64,000 nt of DNA from Verrucomicrobiota bacterium. Its GTDB lineage: Bacteria > Verrucomicrobiota > Kiritimatiellia > CAIQIC01. Every line of letters starts with the position of its first letter. Within the stretch, counting starts at the first letter, position 1. This document shows positions 1-9,142 of this stretch, piece by piece. The notes under the pieces were generated by a model. It was not told where the DNA came from. It did not search any database and saw only the letters and a list, made by a program, of their open reading frames with translations. The translations under genes were made by a program, and so were the position numbers. The stretch spans positions 25,614-89,613 of the forward strand of contig SCQF01000046.1 of NCBI GenBank assembly GCA_004321905.1. The letters run 5' to 3'.

Positions 1-990
1 GGCGGCGACCCAGTGTTCCGCAGCCAGCACCGTCACCATGAGGCGGCCTTTCCAGCCCTCATCCACGGTCGCACCCATGAAAACCTTCGCATCGCGTCGG
101 GCGACTTGCTGGATATTGCTCATGACTTGCTGGACATCGAGCAAGGCCAAATCCGGGCCGCCGAGAATGTTGACGAGAAAGGCATCGGCTTGGGCAATGA
201 CGTTGCCATGCTCCAGCAACGGACTGGCCAGCAGGGCTTGGGTGGCCTGACGTGCCTTGTCCGTACCGGAACCCTCGGCATAACCGAAAGAACAGGCCCC
301 GCCGCTGTTTTCCACGAGGTTTTTGAGATCGGCAAAATTCAGGCGGATTAACCCGGTCTCGGTCAATAATTTCCAAATGCCGATCACGGCCATGCTGATC
401 ATGTGGTCAGAAGCGTCGAAGGCTGCTTTAAGCGTCGCCTGATCAGGTACAATTTCCAACAGCCGCTGGTTGGGCAGACAAATGGTGGCATCGGAATGCA
501 TCCGTAATTGGCGCAAAGCCTCGTTGGCAACATCTTTGTCGCGGTTGGCCTCAAACTCGAACGGCGTCGAAGCGAAGCAAATGGTCAGCGCGCCCTGCTC
601 ATGCGCGATACGTGCAATCGCCGGCGCCGCCCCACTCCCCGTACCGCCACCGAGCGTGGTGATCACGAAGACCAAGTCCATGTTCTCCACTAACGTGCGA
701 ATTTTGACATCCTCGTCTTCGGCGGCAACCCGTCCGATGGCTGCATCGCCGCCCGCGCCGAAGCCACGTGTGAGCGCGCGGCCAATGGATAGCTGCACCG
801 GCAAACCTACGGCCTGCAAGGCTTGGTCGTCGGAATCCACGGCCACCACGGCGGGACCATGGACCAGTTGTTCAGCCACATGCCGCGCCGCGCGGCAACC
901 GCCGCCGCCCACACCCACGACTAGCAAGCGATAGGGCGCGTTTTGCGGCGCGTTGACATCACTTTCCACCAGTCGCAGAGCTGCACTCAT
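1..990 (-). CDS. ftsZ: Cell division protein FtsZ (3' end runs off the window; absent from the ORF track)
   Basis: Manual translation from ATG at 990: MSAALRLV...LLVVGVGGGGCRAA...LTRGFGAGGD...TTLGGGTGSGAAP (tubulin/FtsZ signature)...GLIRLNFADL; directly after ftsA. Confidence 0.95.
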   Translation of the reverse strand, partial: MSAALRLVESDVNAPQNAPYRLLVVGVGGGGCRAARHVAEQLVHGPAVVAVDSDDQALQAVGLPVQLSIGRALTRGFGAGGDAAIGRVAAEDEDVKIRTLVENMDLVFVITTLGGGTGSGAAPAIARIAHEQGALTICFASTPFEFEANRDKDVANEALRQLRMHSDATICLPNQRLLEIVPDQATLKAAFDASDHMISMAVIGIWKLLTETGLIRLNFADLKNLVENSGGACSFGYAEGSGTDKARQATQALLASPLLEHGNVIAQADAFLVNILGGPDLALLDVQQVMSNIQQVARRDAKVFMGATVDEGWKGRLMVTVLAAEHWVAA

Positions 991-992
991 TT

Positions 993-2186
993 TTAGATTC
1001 CTACTATTTTACGCAGACGGTCAAAAATTCCGCTGGTCGGACGGAAAGTCCGCGCCGCATATCGCAGCATACCGACCACGGCCGCACACTCAGGCTGTTC
1101 CATCACCAGTGTCAGCCCATTCACGTCGCGTGGCCGTCCAAGGCGACAGGGTAACCCGAAAATTTTCTCGGCCAATTGATCCACTTTTTTCAGGCGTGCG
1201 CCACCGCCCGTGAGCACCACACCACTGCCCAGCTTGGAAATCAGCTTGTTCTGCCGGAGCTGCTCGCGGATCAACACCAAGGTTTCCTCCATGCGCACAT
1301 GCATGATCGTGTGTACGTCGGCCAAGCGCACCATGCGTGGCGGCTGCCCGGTACCCGGATTGACGCTGACCGTTTGATTACGCAGGCTGAGGTCCGACAG
1401 CGCCGCCCCGTATTCCAGTTTTACGCGCTCAGCTTCCGCCAAGGGAATACGCAAGCCAAAGGCCAAGTCATTGCTGAGGTGATCACCGCCCACCGCAAAC
1501 GCACCGGCATCAGCCAATCGTTCCTCGGCATAAGCGACGTAATCCGTTGTGCCACCGCCAAGATCAATCATCAAGGCGCCGTTATTTTTTTCGGCGGGTG
1601 TCAACACGGCCAACGCGGCGCACAGGCCACTGAAGGCGACGTCTTGCACATCCACTTGCGCGCTACGCACCACCTTGACGATGTTGCGCATGGGATTACG
1701 TAATCCGTGGAGAATCAACATATCGAGCGCCAACCGCGCGCCTTCCATGCCTTCGGGTTTGACCACCGCCTGGCCATCGTTCACATAAAAATGCTGGCGG
1801 ATCGTGTGCAGGATTTCGTGATCGGTGGGCAGACTGACGGCGCGCGCCATTTCCTCGACGCGCTCAATTTCTTCCGCTGTGATTTCACCCTCATCGTTCA
1901 AAACCGGCACCGCACCACGATTGACCAAGCTGCGAATGTGTCCACCGGAAACCAGGAGATGAACTTGATTGATCGTCAGATGCCCATTTTCCTCCGCTTG
2001 CTGTAACGCTTCGCGTACACAGGAAAGCGCGTTATCAAAATCAATAATTTCCCCTTTGCGCACACCGCGCGAGGGGCATTCCCCCAGACCACTGATCACC
2101 AATTGACCTTCTTCGGTCAGCTCACCCACCAAGGCGCGCACTTTGGTGGTGCCGATTTCCAAGGCGACGACGGGCGGCAAGTTCAT
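993..2186 (-). CDS. ftsA: Cell division protein FtsA
   Basis: VALEIGTTKV, GVRKGEI, IDLGGGTTD and VLTGGGA motifs; dcw context; start at MNLPPVV. Confidence 0.95.
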   Translation of the reverse strand: MNLPPVVALEIGTTKVRALVGELTEEGQLVISGLGECPSRGVRKGEIIDFDNALSCVREALQQAEENGHLTINQVHLLVSGGHIRSLVNRGAVPVLNDEGEITAEEIERVEEMARAVSLPTDHEILHTIRQHFYVNDGQAVVKPEGMEGARLALDMLILHGLRNPMRNIVKVVRSAQVDVQDVAFSGLCAALAVLTPAEKNNGALMIDLGGGTTDYVAYAEERLADAGAFAVGGDHLSNDLAFGLRIPLAEAERVKLEYGAALSDLSLRNQTVSVNPGTGQPPRMVRLADVHTIMHVRMEETLVLIREQLRQNKLISKLGSGVVLTGGGARLKKVDQLAEKIFGLPCRLGRPRDVNGLTLVMEQPECAAVVGMLRYAARTFRPTSGIFDRLRKIVGI

Positions 2187-2196
2187 CGCGCAGTCC

Positions 2197-3090
2197 TCAT
2201 AGCCCCGCTTCCGGTGACGACGATCCCAATTGCACGGGCACACTATGTTCCAACGAACAATCAATCACGCTTGCGGTTTGCCGCCGTTCCGCCAAGGCTT
2301 TTTTCGTGCTCGCCAGTTTACGCAGATGATCTTCCATTCGCGTACGGGCCAGCAAGACTTGCTCACCGCTAGCCAAACGCAGATCAAGATGTTCCGGATG
2401 CGCCACATTGATGGCGTTGATGCGCACTTGCGGCCCCATATGCAACGTTTCACATAAATCCAAAACATTCAGGGCATCCTGAATTTTCGTGTCCGTGATT
2501 TGCAGACCCGGGCGCAAACCGTGCACCAGTCCGCCGAGAATGACGGGTAAACGAGCCACGGCGGCCCGCGGGACCAGCACATGGCCTTCTCGATCCACTG
2601 GTAAACTCATTTTATCGGTGACCAACACGGCCACCGCCACGCGTTCGCCGACCCGCAGCACCAACGTATCCGGCAACTGTCGTCGAATTTCAACCGAGCG
2701 CACTACCGGCAACGTTAGCAGGTCGGCGTGAATTTTACGCAGGTTGACGGCAAAAAGATTCACGCCCGGCTGAAGGTTATACTGCTCCCGCAACTCCTGG
2801 GGCTTCAGTGTGCCGTCGGTGCGAATATCCAAATTACGGATGGCAAACAGCGGGTTGGAGGCAAACAATTGTTCACGCACCCAGTCCGCGCCCATCACCC
2901 CCACCCACCCGCAACCCGCCACGGCCACAACCAAGACCGCCACGGCGCTGATCCATTTGACGCGCGCTTGTTTTTGCTCCTGCGCACGCGCATTGACCTG
3001 CAAAATCTGTTCACCGTTCGTCTTTTTGCGGCGGTTTGATCGCCGCAATGATTTTTCCGCATTCTCTCGAAACCACATGCTCATCTCCAA
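2197..3090 (-). CDS. ftsQ: Cell division protein FtsQ/DivIB
   Basis: Basic N-terminus, one TM helix, POTRA-like segment (VEIRRQLPDTLVLRVGER); between ddl and ftsA; exact start uncertain. Confidence 0.85.
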   Translation of the reverse strand: MEMSMWFRENAEKSLRRSNRRKKTNGEQILQVNARAQEQKQARVKWISAVAVLVVAVAGCGWVGVMGADWVREQLFASNPLFAIRNLDIRTDGTLKPQELREQYNLQPGVNLFAVNLRKIHADLLTLPVVRSVEIRRQLPDTLVLRVGERVAVAVLVTDKMSLPVDREGHVLVPRAAVARLPVILGGLVHGLRPGLQITDTKIQDALNVLDLCETLHMGPQVRINAINVAHPEHLDLRLASGEQVLLARTRMEDHLRKLASTKKALAERRQTASVIDCSLEHSVPVQLGSSSPEAGL

Positions 3091-3098
3091 ATTTTTTT

Positions 3099-3989
3099 TC
3101 AGTGTACCGTGGCTCCCTGCATGATGCGATCACAAAGCGCCGCGAAACCCAAGCCCGCGGCGGCGGCGGCCTTGGGCAACAGACTGGTCTCCGTGAAACC
3201 GGGGATCGTGTTCATTTCCAACACAAAAAGTTGATCGTCCGGTGTCAGCCGCAGATCCACACGCCCCAGATCGCGGCAATCGAGCGCGTGAAACACGCGC
3301 CGTGCCAAATCCTGACACCGCGCCGCCTGCTCCGCCGTCAGCGGCGCGGGCACCAGATATTCTGTGCGGCCGGTCGTGTATTTTGCGCCATAGTCATACC
3401 AACCGTCTGGCGCACGAATTTCCACCACCGGCAACACGTCCTCGCCCAACAGTCCGACGGTCAACTCGCGACCCGAAATATAGCGCTCGACAAGCACCGC
3501 GCCGTGTTGCAGCGCATCAGCCAACGCCGCCGTCCAATCGCTTTCCGCACGCACGCAATGCAGCCCAATGCTCGACCCCTGGCAGGCCGGCTTGACCACC
3601 ACGGGCAACGGCAAGCGATGCGCTGCCGGCGCCGATAACACTTCATATTCGGGCGTCGGAATCGAAGCCTCGCCGAATACACGCTTGCTCAGCAACTTAT
3701 CAAACGCTTTCCGGCTCGCCGCGGCACCGGAACCAGTGTACGGCATATTCAGTGCGCACAATTTATCCTGCACGACTCCATCTTCGCCATACGCGCCGTG
3801 CAAGGCCAAAAATACCGCTTCGACATCCGCGGCGAATTTCAATTCGCCATCCTGCGGATCCACTTCCTCCACGGCATACCCCGCCTCGCGCAAGCCGCGC
3901 GCCACCGCCGCGCCGGAGCGCAATGACACCGCGCGTTCCGCCGATGGCCCGCCCATCAAAACCGCAACTTTCTTAAACTTTTTCCCCAT
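3099..3989 (-). CDS. ddl: D-alanine--D-alanine ligase
   Basis: GGPSAERAVSLRSG, LHGAYGEDG, GSSIG and LEMNTIPGFT motifs. Confidence 0.97.
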   Translation of the reverse strand: MGKKFKKVAVLMGGPSAERAVSLRSGAAVARGLREAGYAVEEVDPQDGELKFAADVEAVFLALHGAYGEDGVVQDKLCALNMPYTGSGAAASRKAFDKLLSKRVFGEASIPTPEYEVLSAPAAHRLPLPVVVKPACQGSSIGLHCVRAESDWTAALADALQHGAVLVERYISGRELTVGLLGEDVLPVVEIRAPDGWYDYGAKYTTGRTEYLVPAPLTAEQAARCQDLARRVFHALDCRDLGRVDLRLTPDDQLFVLEMNTIPGFTETSLLPKAAAAAGLGFAALCDRIMQGATVH

Positions 3990-5397
3990 AAAATTCCTTC
4001 GCCCAAAACGCTATTTTTTCAACATCGCCCGCGCCCACAACCAGCAGCGCGTCGCCGGGTTGCAAAAATCCGCGCAAATAATTCCATGCGGCTTCCAAAG
4101 ATGCAACCTCTCGCGGCCGTAGGCCACCACTTTGTTCAAAATGCCGCGCCAAATCAGCGCTCGTGCCACCCGCCAGTGGCGGCTCCGAGGCTGCATAAAC
4201 CGGCGTGAGCACCACCTCGTCCACGCCGACAAATGCGCCGGGAAAATCCGCGCCCAGCGCCCGCGTCCGCGTGTAGCGATGCGGCTGAAACACCGCCACC
4301 ACCCGCCGCCGCCCCAGTCCGCGCGCCGCCGCGACCAGCGCGCAGATTTCCGTGGGATGATGCGCGTAGTCGGAAATCACCAAAATGTCTGCGGCGTCGC
4401 TGACGATCTCGAAACGCCGACGCGCCGGCGAGAAGCTTTCCAAGCCTTGGAAAAGTGCGGTGACCGGTTTTCCAAGTCTTGGAAAAAGTTCCAGTCCGAC
4501 GGCGCACGCCGCTAGCGCATTCAAAATATTATGCCGCCCCGGCACCGGCAGTCGCACGCGCCCAAGTTTTTCGCCGCGCCACAGCACATCGAAGCTGCTG
4601 GCGAGCGCCGCAAGTTCGATATGCTCGGCGCGCAATTCCGCAGCGGACGAAAACCCAAAAGATAAACCGGTGTTGCCCAACGCCGCGGCGCGTGGATCAT
4701 CGGCACAAAAAATCAGGCGCCGCGCCTGGCGCGCAAATCGGCGGAAACAATCAAACAACTCGCCCTCGCCGTAAAAATGTTCCATATGGTCGAACTCGAT
4801 ATTCGTGATGACGGCGATGTCCGGCGCGTAGAGCGCGAGCGTGCCATCGCTCTCATCGGCCTCGACCACTACGGTGGTACCCTGCCCTACGCCCGCCACG
4901 CCGCCGAGCGCCTCCACCACGCCGCCGATGGCGAAGGCGGGATCGTGTCCGGTCGCCTTGAGCAGTTGCGCGATCATCGCGGTGGTGGTGGTCTTGCCGT
5001 GCGTACCGGCGACGGCGATCGAAAGCGGGAATTCACGAAGCAATGCAGCCAGCACGACGCCGCGCGCGAGCACCGGGAGACCACGCGATGTCGCAGCTTG
5101 CACTTCGGCGGTATCCGCGGCCACCGCCGGCGTACGCACCAGCCAGGCGATGTCCGCCGTTACATGTTCCGTATCCTGGCCAAAATGAACGGTGATACTG
5201 TGGCTCAGCAGCCAGTCGGTGATCCGCGTTGGCGCGACGTCGCAGCCGGAAACTATAAAGCCGCGCGCGGCCAGCAGCCGCGCCAAGCCGGCCATGCCGA
5301 TGCCACCGATGCCAATGAAGTGCACGGCACTCGGATCGCGTTCCAGCAGCCCCCGCGCCGCCGCCAAGTCGCGTTCCAGTTGACTGAAGTCAGGCAT
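3973..5397 (-). CDS. murC: UDP-N-acetylmuramate--L-alanine ligase
   Basis: HFIGIGGIGM, AGTHGKTTT, EADESDG, DYAHHPTEI and FQPHRYTRT motifs. Confidence 0.97.
   Translation of the reverse strand: MPDFSQLERDLAAARGLLERDPSAVHFIGIGGIGMAGLARLLAARGFIVSGCDVAPTRITDWLLSHSITVHFGQDTEHVTADIAWLVRTPAVAADTAEVQAATSRGLPVLARGVVLAALLREFPLSIAVAGTHGKTTTTAMIAQLLKATGHDPAFAIGGVVEALGGVAGVGQGTTVVVEADESDGTLALYAPDIAVITNIEFDHMEHFYGEGELFDCFRRFARQARRLIFCADDPRAAALGNTGLSFGFSSAAELRAEHIELAALASSFDVLWRGEKLGRVRLPVPGRHNILNALAACAVGLELFPRLGKPVTALFQGLESFSPARRRFEIVSDAADILVISDYAHHPTEICALVAAARGLGRRRVVAVFQPHRYTRTRALGADFPGAFVGVDEVVLTPVYAASEPPLAGGTSADLARHFEQSGGLRPREVASLEAAWNYLRGFLQPGDALLVVGAGDVEKIAFWAKEFYGEKV
4438..4484. repeat. TTCCAA-N3-TTGGAA palindrome doublet, in frame in murC
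   Basis: Units at 4438 and 4470 (32-bp period); encodes FPRLGKPVTALFQGLES. Confidence 0.9.
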
Positions 5398-6511
5398 GGT
5401 CACGCCCGGTTTTTTCCACGAGCCCGGCCAGCGCCTCCGCACCGCAACATTCGCGGTGCGCGTGACCCACGGCGCTCATGCTCGCGAGTTTTTCGCGCGC
5501 CCGATAACGCGCGGCGAGATAATCGGCCAACCACGCCGCTGAAAGATTTTTTTCGGAAACATAATCAGCGGCGCCCAGCCGCGACATAGCCTGCGCGTTC
5601 GCAAGCTGATGATTGGCAGCCGCAAAAGGATACGGCACGAGCAGCGCAGGCACGCCGAAGGCCAGTAATTCCGCGCAGGTCGAAGCACCGGAGCGACACA
5701 CCGCCAGATCGGTCGCCGCATAAAGCTCCGCCATCTGCGTGGTGAAAGCGTGGACGGTATGCGGCACGGCGGCCCGTTCATACGTGGCGCGAATTTCGGT
5801 CTCGTCCGCTGGTCCCGTGAGGTGAATGACCTGAATGGGCACGCCGTCCGCGCGGAGCGCCAGCAAGGCTTCCGACGCGACTTCGTTCAGAGAATGCGCG
5901 CCGCGACTACCGCCCAGCACCATGACCGTGAAACGCTCCGCCGTGGTCACGCGCTGAAAATTGCGACTGGCCACTTCCAACTCGCGGCGCAACGGCATAC
6001 CGGTGATCACCAAGCGACCGTGCGGCAGATAAAACCGCGACGCTTCAAAACTGGCCGCCACCGCGCGCGCCCAGCGCGAAAACAGCCGGATCGTGCGTCC
6101 CGGCACAACATTGGCCTCGTGCAACACCACCGGAACATGGCCGCGCAACGCGGCGTAAATTGGGCCGACGGACGCATAACTGCCCATCGCCAGCAGAACA
6201 TCCGGCGGCTGTGTACGCATTTTTTTTCGGCACACACGCATCGCCCGCAGCAGACTCCACACCGCGGGGATGAAACGCAGCGAGAACCTTGTCGGCAAAC
6301 CCTGCGCGGGGATCGTCACCACCGTACCCGACCAACCGCTGACCGCCGCCGATTCCACATCTTTGCCGGCCAGCCAGAGCGTCACCGTGTGCCCGCTGGC
6401 GCGGAGCACTTCCGCCGTCGCCAAGCCGGGGAAAATATGACCGCCGGTGCCGCCACAGGCCAACGCGATGTGCAGCGGCGCGGAACTCGTTGGATGATTG
6501 TTGGCGTTCAT
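5390..6511 (-). CDS. murG: Undecaprenyldiphospho-muramoylpentapeptide N-acetylglucosaminyltransferase
   Basis: GGTGGHIFPG, HEANVVPG, GGSRGA, RSGASTCAE and HQLANA motifs; start at MNANNH. Confidence 0.95.
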   Translation of the reverse strand: MNANNHPTSSAPLHIALACGGTGGHIFPGLATAEVLRASGHTVTLWLAGKDVESAAVSGWSGTVVTIPAQGLPTRFSLRFIPAVWSLLRAMRVCRKKMRTQPPDVLLAMGSYASVGPIYAALRGHVPVVLHEANVVPGRTIRLFSRWARAVAASFEASRFYLPHGRLVITGMPLRRELEVASRNFQRVTTAERFTVMVLGGSRGAHSLNEVASEALLALRADGVPIQVIHLTGPADETEIRATYERAAVPHTVHAFTTQMAELYAATDLAVCRSGASTCAELLAFGVPALLVPYPFAAANHQLANAQAMSRLGAADYVSEKNLSAAWLADYLAARYRAREKLASMSAVGHAHRECCGAEALAGLVEKTGRDHA

Positions 6512-7071
6512 GGTGATGCGCTGTTTCCAAGCCTTGGAAAACGTCCCGACCGGTTTTTCCAAGGCTTGGAAACAGCGCGCTCCTTGGTCAGCAAAAACCG
6601 CTTCCACTCCACACCGGCGGAAAATCCGCCGAGTTTTCCGCCCGCAGCGACGACACGATGGCACGGGATAAAAAGCGGCAGCGGATTCACGCCACACGCC
6701 GTGCCCACTGCCCGCGCCGCGCGCGGCGCGCCGATGCGGCGGGCCAGTTCGCCGTACGTGACCGTGACACCCCGCGGAATTTTCTGCAACGCGGTGAGCA
6801 CGCGGGCGGTAAACGCGGTGCGCGCAGCGGGTTTGAGCGGCGGCAACGTGGAGGGTTCCCGACCACGCAACCAGACGCGGAGGCAGCGTTCGGCTTGGCG
6901 CAGAACGACACAATCCGCCGGTGTTGGGCAGTGTAGGCGGACGGTTGTCACGCGCAGCGCCAAGTGGCCCCGCGGCACCGGCAACGTGCAGCTCGTCAGC
7001 GCACCGGCCTGGGCCTGTACACCGATGACGCCCCACGTAGTGACAAGGTCGAGCCGGGACGATGCAGTCAT
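6508..7071 (-). CDS. ogt: Methylated-DNA--protein-cysteine methyltransferase
   Basis: IPRGVTVTYGELA, ARAVGTAC and PCHRV active-site motif. Confidence 0.92.
   Translation of the reverse strand: MTASSRLDLVTTWGVIGVQAQAGALTSCTLPVPRGHLALRVTTVRLHCPTPADCVVLRQAERCLRVWLRGREPSTLPPLKPAARTAFTARVLTALQKIPRGVTVTYGELARRIGAPRAARAVGTACGVNPLPLFIPCHRVVAAGGKLGGFSAGVEWKRFLLTKERAVSKPWKNRSGRFPRLGNSASP
6525..6571. repeat. Palindrome doublet forming the C-terminal tail of ogt
   Basis: Units at 6525 and 6557; encodes SKPWKNRSGRFPRLGN. Confidence 0.9.
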
Positions 7072-7072
7072 G

Positions 7073-7495
7073 TTAGTGGAAGATCAGCCGAAAAACGATG
7101 AAGCCGAGAACCAGAGCCCCAAGCAGCAAAGCGATGGCCCGATTACGTTGAATGTTGCGTTCGCGCCCCAACGTCGGCGGGCCAAAAAAACGGGTGCTGG
7201 AAAAATAGCGCGCAAACCGGTCGTCGTTGGAAACGGGGATACGGCGGTCTTGCCCAGCCAGCGTGGCCTCGGCGGTCGGCGCCGGCTCGGCCAGCGCCGG
7301 TGTCGGTGGAACTGGCGGCGTGGTACGGAGGCGTGGCGCAACGGGCCGCGTTGTGGGCGGCAGATAGGGGCGCTCCATCAAACGCTCGGGTTTTTTGAGC
7401 GCGCGCTCCAGCCGTTTGATTTCGGCGCGCAATTCGGCGCTGCTATCTTCCACGTCGTGCAAGCGCCGCTCAATCAAATTCTTGGCAATACGCAT
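7073..7495 (-). CDS. Hypothetical protein (coiled coil, Pro-rich linker, C-terminal TM helix)
   Basis: ORF from MRIAKNLIERRL; hydrophobic C-terminus; tightly packed with neighbours. Confidence 0.7.
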   Translation of the reverse strand: MRIAKNLIERRLHDVEDSSAELRAEIKRLERALKKPERLMERPYLPPTTRPVAPRLRTTPPVPPTPALAEPAPTAEATLAGQDRRIPVSNDDRFARYFSSTRFFGPPTLGRERNIQRNRAIALLLGALVLGFIVFRLIFH

Positions 7496-7509
7496 AGGCC
7501 GGCCACCGT

Positions 7510-8265
7510 TCAGGGCATATGACTGTGCCAGAAGAGAATCACGCCCGTCAGCACCAGCAGCACAACGATCAGCGGCAGCGTGATGGCAAGGCCGACCATG
7601 AGCCAATCGCCGAAACCTTTTTCCAGCTCCTCCGCCACGTGCCGGCCCTCCTCAAAAATCACCGCCGGATGCGCCGCCGCGCTCGACGGTGTTTTGGCGT
7701 CGCCGCTGACCGCATCAATTTTGGCAACCGCCTTGTTATATTCGATGCGGACATCGTCCACGAGCGTGGCCGCTTTGTTGAGTTCATCGCGGAACGAATC
7801 TTCCGGCCAGGTCTCCTCGTCAATAGCCTGCACGTCGCCCAACATGGCTTTGAAGCGTTTACGCGTGGCGCTGAGCAGTTCCGCCAAGCGATTGGCCTGA
7901 ATTTCCTCTTTCTCCAGCGTGACCAGACTTTGGTTGAGCCGATCCGACATTTCCCGCTTGCCGCGCTGATAATCCTCCTGCCGCTTGCGCAAATCCTCCA
8001 AATCCTTTCGCTGTAGGTCAAGGTCTTCCTGGCGTTTGCGCAGCTTCTCAAGTTCCTCCATCGCGCCGGCCACCTTGGAATCCAATTCCTGTTTATGCTT
8101 GGTCATGCGCGTGATGGTGAAATCCGAAACCGACCGAACGGGCACGCCATCCGCGCCCGCACCTTCGCTGCCGACCTTGGTGAGATCATCCGCCGCCAGC
8201 TTGGCGCGCCGCTCAGCCTCTTGGGCGCGATTCAAATCGTCATCAAAAAAATCCCGGTTTGCCAT
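7510..8265 (-). CDS. Hypothetical coiled-coil protein with C-terminal TM anchor
   Basis: E/K/R/Q-rich heptads, hydrophobic C-terminus, AGGAG RBS upstream. Confidence 0.8.
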   Translation of the reverse strand: MANRDFFDDDLNRAQEAERRAKLAADDLTKVGSEGAGADGVPVRSVSDFTITRMTKHKQELDSKVAGAMEELEKLRKRQEDLDLQRKDLEDLRKRQEDYQRGKREMSDRLNQSLVTLEKEEIQANRLAELLSATRKRFKAMLGDVQAIDEETWPEDSFRDELNKAATLVDDVRIEYNKAVAKIDAVSGDAKTPSSAAAHPAVIFEEGRHVAEELEKGFGDWLMVGLAITLPLIVVLLVLTGVILFWHSHMP

Positions 8266-8331
8266 AGTCTTGCTCCTGTAAAATTGCCGCGTGCATTGTA
8301 AGCAGCCGCGGGCGACGGCTCAATCCCTATT

Positions 8332-9033
8332 TCAGGGCGGCAGCACCAACGTTTGGCCAGCGCGCACGCTCTCCGGCGAGGTCAGCGCGTCGCGATTGGC
8401 CTCAAAGATTTTGCGCCATTTGCTGCGGCTTTTGTATTCCTTGACCGCAATCGCCGCGAGCGTCTCCCCCGGTTGCACAAGATGCGTGCGTACGGCGGGT
8501 TGCGCCACCACCGGCTGCGGCGGAGCGAGCGAACGCGGCGCGGCATTGGACACCGGCAAGACCACGCTCGCTTTCGGCGCCGCATTCGTACCCTCCAGTT
8601 GCGCGCGCAACGTCGCGATCTCTTTTTTGAGCAGCGCGATCTCCTCAATCGCCCCTGGTGGCCGGTTGGGCAGCGCCGCGGCGTAGTACAACCGCGCTTC
8701 GCGAATCAGCCCTTCGACCAAATCCCGTTTCTGCGCGGCGGGCCGCAACTCGATGTTGCGTTGGTAGTGATAAATCGCCCGGAGGTAGTCTTCTTTTTTG
8801 ACATAGAGCAACCCCACCTCCAGATGGGCGCTCGCCAGTTGCGGTTTGCGATCCAACGCCTCGTTATACAGCTTGATCGCCCCATCAAGGTCCTCGGCGT
8901 TGCGCCGTTCGCGGGCGCGTTGCAGGAACGGATCGCGCTCGTCGCGGCGATCCTGGAACGAAACACCTTCGCCGCAGCCGGCGACCCAGCCCGCGAGCGC
9001 GAGGCCCACCGCCATCCGTAAAATGGATTTCAT
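8332..9033 (-). CDS. Lipoprotein with TPR repeats and C-terminal LysM domain
   Basis: Lipobox VAGC; TPR-like helices; LysM HLVQPGETLAAIA...VRAGQTLVLP. Confidence 0.88.
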   Translation of the reverse strand: MKSILRMAVGLALAGWVAGCGEGVSFQDRRDERDPFLQRARERRNAEDLDGAIKLYNEALDRKPQLASAHLEVGLLYVKKEDYLRAIYHYQRNIELRPAAQKRDLVEGLIREARLYYAAALPNRPPGAIEEIALLKKEIATLRAQLEGTNAAPKASVVLPVSNAAPRSLAPPQPVVAQPAVRTHLVQPGETLAAIAVKEYKSRSKWRKIFEANRDALTSPESVRAGQTLVLPP

Positions 9034-9088
9034 GCGCCTCTCCTACCATCCGTTGGCCGCAGCGTCAATCATCGCGATGCGGTAAACG

Positions 9089-9135
9089 CTCCAAGGGTTG
9101 GGAAAAGTGAACGTGCGGTTTTCCAAGCCTTGGAA
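9089..9135. repeat. Palindrome doublet, intergenic
   Basis: Degenerate unit at 9089 and perfect unit at 9121. Confidence 0.85.
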
Positions 9136-9142
9136 AACACCG

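Noticed and set aside
1228..1242. Half-matches to the palindrome (also near 2157, 8073, 42401, 48066)
   Set aside because: Only one arm matches, which is expected by chance; not counted.
5750..7522. Long antisense or alternate-frame ORFs (also 9392-10744, 40600-41739, 45814-47211, 51598-52812)
   Set aside because: They shadow well-supported genes in high-GC DNA and have no recognisable motifs.
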